From Nageia nagi (taxonomy: Eukaryota; Plantae; Pinophyta): a stretch of DNA of 64,000 nt. The stretch spans positions 171,430,001 through 171,494,000 of the forward strand of contig JBITNC010000001.1 of the NCBI GenBank assembly GCA_050084985.1. Reading direction: 5' to 3'. Made by a program: the position numbers and the translations under genes. Below, piece after piece: positions 53,601 to 64,000 of this stretch. The notes beneath the pieces were generated by a model. The model was not told the origin of the DNA, did no database searches, and saw nothing but the letters and a program-made list of their open reading frames with translations. Position 1 is the first letter of the stretch. Each line of letters begins with the position of its first letter.

Positions 53601-54953
53601 AAATAAAGTGAGGCTTGTAGCAAAAGGTTTTACAAAGAAAGAAGGCATTTACTATGATGAAACCTTTGCTCCCACAACAAAATGGGCTACTATTCGTTCT
53701 TTGTTGGCAATGTCAGCTCAGCATGGATGGAAAGTTCATCACATGGATGTGAAGACTACTTTCTTGAATGGTGATTTCAAAGAAAATGTGTACATGAGAC
53801 AACCAGAAGGATTTGCAGTGAAAGGTCAGGAACAAAAAGTTTGTAAGCTTATCAAGTCCTTGTATGGCCTAAAACAAGCTCCTCGCGCTTGGTACGAAAA
53901 GCTTACTAAGCATCTCTTGAAAATAAATTTTGAACACTTTAATCTTGATGATGCAACTTTGTTTGTCAGAAAAGTTGGCAAAATGGTTGTATATCTTGTG
54001 GTGTATGTCGATGATCTTTTGATAACTGGGAACAATGAAAATTACATTGCATCCGTGAAACAAGATTTGAAGAGAGGTTTTGAAATGATAGATATGGAAC
54101 ATCTTCATTACTATTTGGGCGTTGAAATGACACAAAACCCAAGTAAATTTTCATTTCCCAAAGAAAGTACATTGGAGAATTGTTGAACAGATTTGGCATG
54201 ACAAATTGTAATCCCCTCTCCACTCCAATGGAACAAAATTTGAAGTTGAAATCTATTGAAGGGAATGCATTTGAGGATGCAACGAAGTATAGACAACTTC
54301 TTGGGAGTCTCATATATCTAACCACAACTAGACCAGACATTTCATTTGCGGTTGGAATTCTCTCTTGGTTTATGCAAAAACCATGTGAAGGACATTGGAA
54401 TGCAGCAAATAGAGTTCTTCGATATTTGAAAGGCACACAAGAATTAGGGTACAAGTATTCCAAAGTAGGAGACTTCAAATTGATTGGATATACAGATTCA
54501 GACTTTGATGGTGACAAAGAAAAAGGAGTTTCGACTTCAGGATATGCCATGAGTCTTGGATCGGCAGCTATCTCTTGGAGATCACGAAAGCAATCCATTC
54601 CGGCAGATTCCATTACAGAGGCAGAGTATGTGGCTACTACAAAGGCAACAAAGGAGATTGTGGGGCTCGAGAAGATACTGGAAGATTTCTAGGAAAAACA
54701 GGTGAATCCAACTCCACTTCTAATTGATAATATTTTTACAATTCAATTGGCCAAGAATCCAAAGTTTCATGATCAAACAAAGCACATCAACACAAAGTAT
54801 CATTTGATTCGACATCATGTAGAGGTCAAGATTCAAGTGAAACATTGTCCCACAAATGAGCAAACAGCAGACATCTTCACCAACACACTTGGAAGAGAAA
54901 AGTTTGAGAAGTTCAGGAAGATGCTTGGACTTACCAACTCCTCTCCAGATTAA
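50700..54953 (+). pseudogene. Copia gag-pol, disrupted
   Basis: WLLDTGATCHMT, WHARFGH..CEAC, LIHSDLCGP, SLYGLKQAPRAW, YVDDLL, ADIFT. Stops and frameshifts. Confidence 0.95.
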
Positions 54954-55209
54954 AGGGGAATGTTAGACACCTAATCCTTAGGGATTATGGTATAGTTACT
55001 ATAGCATTAGATACTTACTATATTTAGTAAATTCGTAGCTTTGAGTGTGCTAGAATCTAGAAAGTCATTTCTTGTAGAATATGAGGAGTTACAATGTATC
55101 TCAAAGGTCACCCAAGAAAGTGAACATGAGGAGTCTTTCTCAAATTGTATTTACACAATATTCTACACTAATAGAATGCTTTTTGATCTTGGAGTTATCC
55201 GGCCTATCA

Positions 55210-57502
55210 ATAAGTACATAAAAGAGATCATTTTGAGAAGGTTTAAACTTACAAATTTCCATTTTTGAGCAAGTTTGGAGGCACAAAAAGCTAGGTGCAG
55301 GTTTGGGGCTGATTGAAGATCCATAGGACTGAATTTTGGCACCTAGGTTGGAAAATTTTGATAAATTTCACTCAAAAATCAAGTTGGACCCCTTCATTGC
55401 ATAGAAAAAGGCATTTCAAGCACCTTTAACACTTGAGATTTTTATTTAAAAAAAAGACGCAGATTTTCATAGCATTGGGAATCCATAGACCTTAAAATTG
55501 GTGCCTAACATGGGAGAATATGAAGATTTTTCCCAAAAATCAAGTTTTTTGTCATATTTGCAAGTAAAATGATATTTTGAGCACCATTTAATACTTCAAA
55601 TTTTCAATTTTGAGCAACAAGAAGGCACCCAAAAGATAGGCGTAGGTTTTGATGCCATTGGAAATCAAATGGAGTGAATTCTAGCGCCTAGCATGAAGAA
55701 GATTCAAAAATTTGCCTCAATTTTCGAGTATAGGGGTCAATTGCATGGAAAACATGATTCTAAGCACATTTAAACTTGCAATTTTTCAATTTTGAGCAAG
55801 GAAAGTGCTCCAAATTCCTAAGCGCAGGTTTGCTAATTTTTCCAAATCCAATGGCATGAAAAATGGTGCCTAACTTGAGGAGGGATATCAAATTTACCTA
55901 AAAGTAAAATTTTATGGTTTCATTGCATGGAAGGGCAGCACATTTAAACTTTGGAATTTTTAGATTTGAACAAGTTAAAAGGATCAAAAATCTAGGAGGC
56001 ATTTTTCATTCCTATGAAAATTTTCACTTTTTTCTACCAAAAAAATTCATAGACATGAAAATCAAAAATTTTGCCAAAAACTTCAAATCTTTTCCAAAAC
56101 CTTCTAAAAGCTCCAAAACCACTCAAAACTTGCCAAGCACCTTGTAATCCAATCCTCCATCCATCCATGAGCTCAAATCCACTTTTTTAAAAATTTTCCA
56201 AATTTCAGGACCCTCCCCATCTTTTTCGAAAAATAGATCAAAAATCCACTTCTTCAAAAAATTCTCTCATAACCCCTTGAAAATTTGCCACAATGATCAC
56301 ATCATAGGCAAATCCAGATTCAAAGAAAGGAGTTCAAAAGACTAACAGAAAGATCTAGAAAGATGATTTGAAGCTCCAAATTTTGCCGAATTGATGCAAA
56401 ATGCCTTGAAATGCATGCCAAAGAGCATCAATTTTTGTAAATATTTTATTTTTAGCATATTTTAACAGGATGAGACTGTTCTCCCACTAAAATGATTTTG
56501 TAATTTCAATTTAGCATTCAAATTAGCAATTTTGAAGCTCTTTTACGAATTAGGGCAACACCCTCAAATTTCACCTAAAAAGTCTATAAATATACCATTG
56601 GGGGTCACTTTTGAGGCAGAATGTATTTAGTGAAAATTTATGGAAAATTAGCAAATTGATGTATCCTTGTAATTTTCGCATGAATTTAATACAAAGTGGT
56701 GGAATATTTGAAACAAAGAGATTTGTCATTTGTGAGATTGTGGATTTGACCATTTTGGAGCTTTTTGAGATGATTTAGAATATTTCACACTTTTCCTTGA
56801 AAATTTCTGAATTTTAGAAAAAATTTCTAAATTTTTTTATAAGTTTTTGAATCACTCCCAAATCGTTGCCTTTCCACAATTTGGATAGTAAGTGAACATA
56901 TTCTCGGCTTTTCTTGTTTCTATGACATCAAATTAGATTTTTTCATTCAAAACAAAGTTTGTACGCACTTGTGTCATGTCTTTCTTTTGATTGCATCAGT
57001 CCTGCTTGCACAATACTGACGATCAGCTCTTCTCCCTGCTCCTCTTAAAAATAGATTGAACTTATGTTATTCTATTTTTAGGTTGGAGTACTTCGAATGA
57101 AGCTTCTTGAATGATCCTGAAGTAAGAGACCTTAGACACTGCTTCACTATGACCTTTTCTTTTTCATCTCACCAATATTTGAAATATTCTCATCCCTTTT
57201 TTCTTTTCTTTATTTTACACTTTCTTTAAACATATGGCAACTTTCAAACTATTATAAAATAAAACACCTCGGTCCCTACAAAAAACATGAGTTAATAGTT
57301 ATTACCTCTACTACACCACTCAGCTGATTCCCAAACAAGACCTACACAATTTAAAGCTTGTATTAACAACATGAGCTTTCCGATAGAAACCTTGGGATAT
57401 CAATCCTTACAAGAGGAGTTTAGTTCTCACCTACATGCTGGATCGCTTTCCCGTCTTGATCGTATGGGTGATCGTCAAGTAAGAAAGATTTCCTTCCCAA
57501 CA
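55210..57502 (+). repeat. Partial 3' LTR of the Gypsy element (TATA at 56585-56592)
   Basis: Direct repeat of 43648-45947, no PBS after it, followed by the TSD. Confidence 0.9.
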
Positions 57503-60265
57503 AAATGCTAAATTGAGATTACAATGTCGTTTAGTGGGAGAAAACACTCATCCCACTTAATATGTTTGAAAATAAAACATTTACAAAAATTGATGCCCTT
57601 TGGCATGGATTTTGAGGCGTTTTGCATCAATTTGGCAAAATTTGGAGCTTCAAATCATCGTTGTAGATCCGTTCGTCAGTCTTTTGAGCTCTTTCTTTCT
57701 TTCAATTTGGATTTTCCCTTGATGTGATCATTCTGGCAAATTTACATACAATTTTGAGAAGATTTTCCAAAAAAGGGGATTTTTTGGTCTATTTTTAGGA
57801 AAAGATGGGGGGTGTCAATTTTGAAAAAATTTTAAAATGTGGATTGACCTCATGGATGGGTGAAGAATGGAATTATAAGGTATTTGGTAAGGTTTGAGAG
57901 GATTTGGAGCTTTTAAGCGTTGGATTTGGAGCTTTTAGGCTTGAGGGGGCATTTTGGAAAAAAAGAAAAGTTGGAAAACATGCACCTAGGCATCATGGGC
58001 ATAATTTTGCTCCTTTTTCAAAAATTTCAAAAGCTAAAGTGTTTGGATCTTTATTCTACACATGATCTCCAATTTTTATTTTTTCTTCATTTTTTTTTCT
58101 TTTTTTGGAAAAGTGAATGTTTTTAGCCTTCAGATCTTGGATCTTGAGAATGTTATTTTGTTTTTATTCACTTTTTTATATCCAAACCACTTTTCTACAT
58201 AATGGAAATGGGTACTCAAATCAATTATCAAAATTGATTTCTAAAATTTTGGATCTTGACTCAAAATTTTGCTCATTCGGAGTTTTCTATTTTTTCCTTT
58301 TTTCTATTTTTCCCATTTTGGAGGACAAATCCATGGTTTGAGGGAGCTTTTCTTATCCAAATCATACACTTGGAAGACCAAAATGGCGTAGAATTACACC
58401 ACCTACCCCATGAAGGTCAAATTTGCAATTTTAACAAATTTTAGGCTCATAGAATGCTAGGCGCAGGTTTTCTAGTGCTTGGCAAAGTTTGGAAAATACC
58501 CAAGAGTTGGAATAGATGGTAAACCTGTGCCTAGGCATGGGAGGGATATTGTTTTAGTTTTTTCAACATTTTCAAGAGCAAAGATGCTTAATTTCTTGAT
58601 CTCCCACCCTACCTATCACTTCAATTTTGATTTTGCAAATTTAAAAATTTTGAGAAAATTTTCAACCACTCCCATTGGCTGTCCACTTTTTTATGATTTT
58701 GGAGGAGTAAATCCCATTTTTTCCCAAAACTTGTAAGAGCAATCATGTGTGGAATCAAATATTACATCCCAAGGAGGTCAAAACTTCCAAATTTGACAAA
58801 TTTTTGGGGCCTAGAATGCTAGGCGCTGGTTTTCTAGTTCTTGGCATGTTTGAGAAAATAGCCAAGGGGTGGAAAACTTGGTAAATTTTGGGGGCCTAGA
58901 ATGCTAGGCGCTGATTTTTCAACATTTCCAAGAACAAAAATGCATAATTTAATTATTGCCATCACACCTTTCTCTTGGATTTTTATTTTGCAATTTTGAA
59001 AATTTGAGAAAATATTCAAGCATTCTCATTGGCTGCCCTCAACTCCTCTTTGTTATTTTTCTGGTTTTTCATGTTTTGAGGGAGCAAAACTTGTCCAATT
59101 TGCAAACTTGAAAGACCAATTTGATGTAGAATTGCACAACCCATGCTCTCTTGCTCAAAAATTCCAATTTTGAGTCAATTTAGGGTCTCCAAATCCTAGG
59201 CACTGATTTTCCATGTCTTGACATGCTTGACACTATTTGGAAAAGTTGGAAACATGTGCCTACCAATTGGCTCAATCATTTTTTTTATTTTTCAAATTTT
59301 CCAAGAGCAAACCTTAGTCATTTTGCAAGGTCTTCAAAAGGGTATGCTCACATTTCCATTCCGATTTGTGTGGAATAAAAACTCATTTTTCTATGTAGCC
59401 TCAACTCCACACTCTTTGGAAGCATAGACTTCTAACTCTTCTTTTCGTCCCCTAGGGAGCATCTTTGATTGGAACTAAAAAGTTCCAAGCCAAATGTGCC
59501 TCAAACTGGATTGCCCATAACCCTGTGTCATCAAACTTATCAATTGTCATGATTTTGCATTCACCACTGGAAGTATCTACTTGATCACTTGACCCATCAT
59601 CATCTCCAAAAGCAAAGGTACTTAAGTTCCCATTTTGCACTTGGCTCATCTTTAAGATCACTCAAATCAACTCTCGACCATTTCCAAGAGAAAAGGTACT
59701 AAATTTCCCATTTTGCACTTGGGCAATCTTCAAAAACTATGATCACTACTTAGGAACACCATCCCCTAGAGTTAGGAGTCCTAAAATATCCATAATTGAT
59801 AGTCTGGCATGCTGAACTGCCTCATAGCGTCCTATGAATAGCCTTTGTGCACCATCATTAGTAGTATCAGCTGTTTCAAAACACTCATGATCAATCCCCT
59901 ATCATCTTGATCGATTCCCTTTACTATCTTGCTCAGAAAGTGGATTTCCAAATTTGCAAAAAAATAGGGCCCCCAGAATCTTGTGTTTTGGGGTGTGTTT
60001 TGCGGGCACAACACAACTTTGCATAACTATATAAGGATTAATTCCAAATTATTACAATGGTAAAGACCAAATAGGTGTCATGCATTTTGAAGTAAATAAT
60101 TCTAAAAACAATAGAAAAGATGAGTTAGAAATTTAGGTTCCTAAGATCTATTCATGATTGTTCTATTTACTCATGGCTTTATCAAATACAATTTTGTATA
60201 TGCCACGAATCTCAAAATGTACTTGCTATTGATAAAGGTCTCATTTCATGAATTGCATTGATTTT

Positions 60266-63034
60266 TGTTGGGTGGTTTTTCTTTGCTACCCTAGAGTAGT
60301 GAGAAAAACTCCAACACCTCAGGTGAAAGGACGTTACTCCTTCCCACTATGGGGATTGGTCACCCCAAATGTTAGCTCCACATCTTTGCAAAGATAACTC
60401 AGGAACTGGATGAGATGTTTGAAGCTACCACCAACATGAATATCATGTGTGGATTCAAGGGACTCGGATTATCTCTGTAGCTAGACAAGATTGTTTTGGA
60501 AACGCTAAAAAGAAAATTAGGTGTGAAAGCCACGCAAAAAAAGGTGTAAAATAAAAATGAAAAATTGGTGGAAAGACTGTGGGTAGTAGGATGCAACTAT
60601 AGGCATGCGTACTCACGAGCTTGAGATAAGGTCCTCAAAAGTCGACTTGATGGGTCTCGGTGTAGATTCCAAGCACCCTCTATCCGTCCCACTAGCCAAC
60701 AACACGAATGGTCTAGTAGAAGGAGCGTGAAGCTGTGGCAAGGATGGTATAGGATGGAATGGAGGTAATTGTCAATGGTCTAGGTGAAATTCCCATTGTG
60801 AATGACATCAGCAAGACATTTTGAAGTATCCAAGCCTAAAATTGCAAATGACAAAATATCGCAAACAAGATGCTAATCAACCACTTCATAAGATTTCCAA
60901 GCATTCTCTTGTCCACCCCAAATGGAATTTACAAGATGCACCAAATAATTAGAATTAACACAAAGCAGTGATAGAACAAACTAGACAGCATTGTCATTCA
61001 TTCATTCGAATTAGGCATTACAACATGAGAGCATATAAAAATAATTGCATTCACATACACCACCTTTAACAAATTTAGAGAATTTTTGAGTTGCAAGCAA
61101 AAGTTCCTTCAAATTGTTAAAATGTCAATCCCCCTTTACAAATGAGCATCCAAGGGGTATAAATTGTTTTTCGAAAAACCAAGAGTGTTTCCCTAACCCT
61201 AATTATGTGTTCCAAGAAAAATAAATGTGGTCCAATAATAAAGTGCCATATGGTATTAAAAGATCCCATCCAAACTTGTGGGAGCAAATCCTCATCCGTC
61301 ACAAGTTTGGGAATGAAAATAATAATAAAAATCTTTTACGGAAAATAAAGATTCTTGTGAAAAATAAACTAAAAATAGCTAAGATGATGGTGGCCCCATG
61401 GCCACAACTCTGTTTTCAAAGTCCTCATCCAAGAACTTGGCTACCATCTCCAAATCGTGTACCATCTTTGAGGTCCTTACTGGAGACTGGACGTGGGGGT
61501 GAGAGTGTGCTCTTGGGGTTGGCGCATGCCTAGAAAAGACAAGATTTAGTCTTTTTAAAGCGTATGCCCAACTGGAAGCTTCATGTCCTTTGCACACTTG
61601 TCGTCTTAGCTCTCCAACTTTTCTACTTTGACCTGGCATCACTTGAATTTGTTTTTTAAAGGGCCCAAACTTGTCAAATTTCATCGTCGGGCACATCCAA
61701 GACTCCTCCCAGGCCAAGTGCATGTTTCAAAAATACAAGATTTTGTCTTTTGAAACGGTGCGCTCAACTTGCCAGTTGAACAAGTCGGAGTGCACGTTTC
61801 AAAAAGACAAGATTTTGTCTTTTGAAATGGTGCACCCAACTTTTCAGTTGAGTCAATTGGAGCGCACATCTCAAAAAGTCAAGAATTTATCTTTTGAAAT
61901 GGTGCGTCCAACCTTCCAATCATGCTTGAGTCAGATACTAGCTTCAAAGTTTCATGCCTTAGCCAATTTTTACCATCGAATCAAACTGAGCGTCTCCCTA
62001 CCTTAGAAGCATGCTATAGAAAGACAAGATTTTGTCTTTTGAAATGGTTCTCCAAACCCTCTAGTCATGCCAGCTTGAGCGCATTTTCCAAAAAGATAAG
62101 ATTTTGTCTTTTTGAGGCATGCACTAGGTTGCTCTTGCCTAGTTTGTCCTATTTCGGGGCTTTACCAAGTGGGACTTAGCCAAATTTTCATATTTTTCTT
62201 GAATTACTGTCTCCCTGGGTTAGGAGCATGCTACAGAAAGACAAGATTTTGTCTTTTGAAATGGTGCTCCTAACTCTCTTGATCATGCTTGAGTTGGATC
62301 CTGATTTGAGGAGTTCGTGACTTAGCCAAATTTCCTCATGAGATCAGACTAGATGACTCTTTGTCATGAGCACATGCCCCCAAAAGACAAGATTTTGTGT
62401 TTTTGAAGCATGCGCTTGCCTCCTGGGTACTTGGACTCCACTTTCTCATCTTCGAACTCGACCTATGTGGCCTTCCATCTTGAGCGCATGCTCCCAAAAG
62501 ACAAGATTTTGTCTTTTTGAGGCATGCGCCAAACTTGAATTGCCTCTAGCTTGCCTTCTTCATCCTCCGTTCCAATCCAGACTACCCCAAACCCAAGCAC
62601 ATGCCCCAAAAAGACAAGATTTTGTCTTTTGGAGGCATGCATTGGGCCTAAGAGTGGCCCAGTTTGCCTTTCTTGAACTTGACTATGATTTGGACAGCGA
62701 CTAGACCCAGGTGCATGCCCCATAAAGACAAAATTTTGTCCTTTGGAGTGATGTGCTAGACTTTGGAGTGACCTAGTTTGGCTTGGCTTGGTCCGGACTC
62801 ATCCTAGGTTCCCCTACTTAGCCTAAACTCAACTTATGGCTTCCAAACTTAGTCATTTTTTGAAGGATTTTGGCCTTTGTTTTAACATAGCTAAGACCAG
62901 GTAGACAATAACACTTAGGCTAGGGATGATAGGCATGATACCTATGTAGGTGAAATTTTCGAATGTTTAAGACAAGGACAAGACATTCTGTAGACCTGAG
63001 TTGTTGTTTGGGGTGTGTTGTGTATGTCACAACA
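60266..63034 (-). mobile_element. ORF-less solo LTR (2.8 kb) of a related subfamily
   Basis: TGTTGTGACATACACAACACACCCC start at 63034, ...CACCCAACA end at 60266, TSD ATTTT/ATTTC. Confidence 0.75.
61522..62760. repeat. Array of 11 palindromic AAAAGACAAGATTTTGTCTTTT units
   Basis: Copies near 61534, 61731, 61802, 61875, 62020, 62092, 62236, 62382, 62496, 62609 and 62723. Confidence 0.9.
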
Positions 63035-63316
63035 ATTTCAACATTATTATTTTCATAAATCTATGAAGAGTGTTGTATTCTACAAGGGGTTACAGTTGTT
63101 TATCACAGGTATTCTATTAAATTCAATGCTGACTTAAATTTTCCATAAAGGGTTTCAGGCCATAAACAATATCCTTGGGTTTGGGGATAAGGGCAATAAT
63201 TAAAATCAACGAATATGAATATCAAAGATACAAAAAGTCTTGTAGTAAAATAAAATTATAAATAACTCAAAAGAAAACAATTACAAGGAATATACACGTC
63301 CATGAAATGTACTTAC

Positions 63317-63657
63317 AATTTTATAAGTCCTTCTAGAAAAGGAGCGCTCTTTTCAATTTTTTCAATAGTGGCCAATGATTGAACAAATGTAATTGGAACC
63401 ATAAATAGAATATAAAGTAAAAAGATAGCACCAGCTATCAACAATCTCCGAATTGTGATCTCAACAAATGGAATAGGCAGATTTTGCCAGTATACATCAC
63501 ATGGTTCAGGAGCCCAATCTGTTAGCCATTTTGTTGGATCCTTGCTCTGTTGTGTTTGTGCACACACTGCTGCTCCCCAACGTGTTTTAAATGAAACAAA
63601 TGCTACAGGCATAATTGCATTTGAATCTCTAAGAACTCTCTCACGCTCAACTGCTAT
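63317..63657 (-). CDS. OSCA1: OSCA/CSC1 (TMEM63/ERD4-family) hyperosmolality-gated channel, internal exon (end of cytosolic domain to TM3 region)
   Basis: Translates IAVERERV..MPVAFVSFKTRWGAAVCAQTQQSKDPTKWLTDWAPEPCDVYWQNL..FVQSLA, diagnostic of clade-1 OSCA. Acceptor tacag at 63658-63662, donor GTAAGT after 63317; phase 2 joins the next exon (TT+A=Leu). Confidence 0.95.
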
Positions 63658-64000
63658 CTGTACAAGCAACAAGTACTAATATCAAGCGAAAGTTTCATAA
63701 TGAAGTACAATAAATCCTGATAAAGAAATTTCACTTGTTGAAAGCATGTCATTTTGGGAATCAGAATAGGAGATAGCTTGCCATGAAATTTTAACTAGCA
63801 TAAAAGAAAGAGAAAACAATCAATTATCGGAGAACAAATAAGGTTTCAAATCTTTGTGGGAAATTGCACTACGACTGTCATTCTTAAGAGATATTGGATT
63901 TACTCATTACATGAACAACCTAACACTGTAAAATCTCAAACCATATAGAATGGAGATCACTGATTCAGATTTTTTGCATGTGTTTAGGTCTGTAACTTCA

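Larger units (their letters stand above)
49960..55209 (+). mobile_element. Ty1/Copia element lacking its 5' LTR and PBS, inserted in the Gypsy 3' LTR
   Basis: CAGTCAGCA-repeat leader, gag-PR-INT-RT-RH order, PPT AAAGGGGAA, then LTR 54961-55209 (TGTTAG...TATCA). Left boundary approximate. Confidence 0.88.
42134..57502 (+). mobile_element. Tat/Ogre-like Gypsy LTR retrotransposon, deletion derivative (gag-PR only)
   Basis: 5' LTR 42134-45947, PBS, gag, protease, partial 3' LTR 55210-57502. TSD GAATG/AAATG. Confidence 0.9.
41070..60013 (-). mobile_element. ORF-less solo LTR (~3.6 kb: 41070-42133 plus 57508-60013) split by the Gypsy element
   Basis: TGTTG termini, TSD CAACA/CAACT, TATA at 42066-42073. 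GCTAATTTGAATG|CTAAATTGA is restored when the insert is removed. Confidence 0.75.

Noticed and set aside
53826-54613. Minus-strand ORFs up to 215 aa
   Set aside because: Antisense shadows of Copia RT/RNase H.
61522-62760. CRISPR array
   Set aside because: Eukaryotic LTR context, irregular spacing, mutually related spacers and no cas genes.

Overview
Plant nuclear DNA, probably from a large-genome gymnosperm (inferred from giant TE-filled introns and Tat/Ogre-type Gypsy elements). The window lies within one minus-strand OSCA/CSC1 (TMEM63/ERD4-family) mechanosensitive channel gene. Four internal exons (63657-63317, 40215-39955, 39679-39355, 11791-11558) splice in frame with GT-AG sites across introns of 23.1 kb, 275 bp, 27.6 kb and at least 11.5 kb. 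The introns hold nested, decayed LTR retroelements, dominated by one Tat/Ogre-like Gypsy group with TGTTG...CAACA LTRs, 5-bp TSDs and a tRNA-Asn PBS. There is also a 5'-truncated Copia and some hAT-like remnants. The most striking structure is three solo-LTR units (395-5931, 13982-22262, 24248-33277). Each carries a degenerate ~1100-1200 codon gene inside the LTR itself, in U3 between a subfamily-specific repeat array and the LTR TATA box. Sister LTRs of the same group lack this gene.
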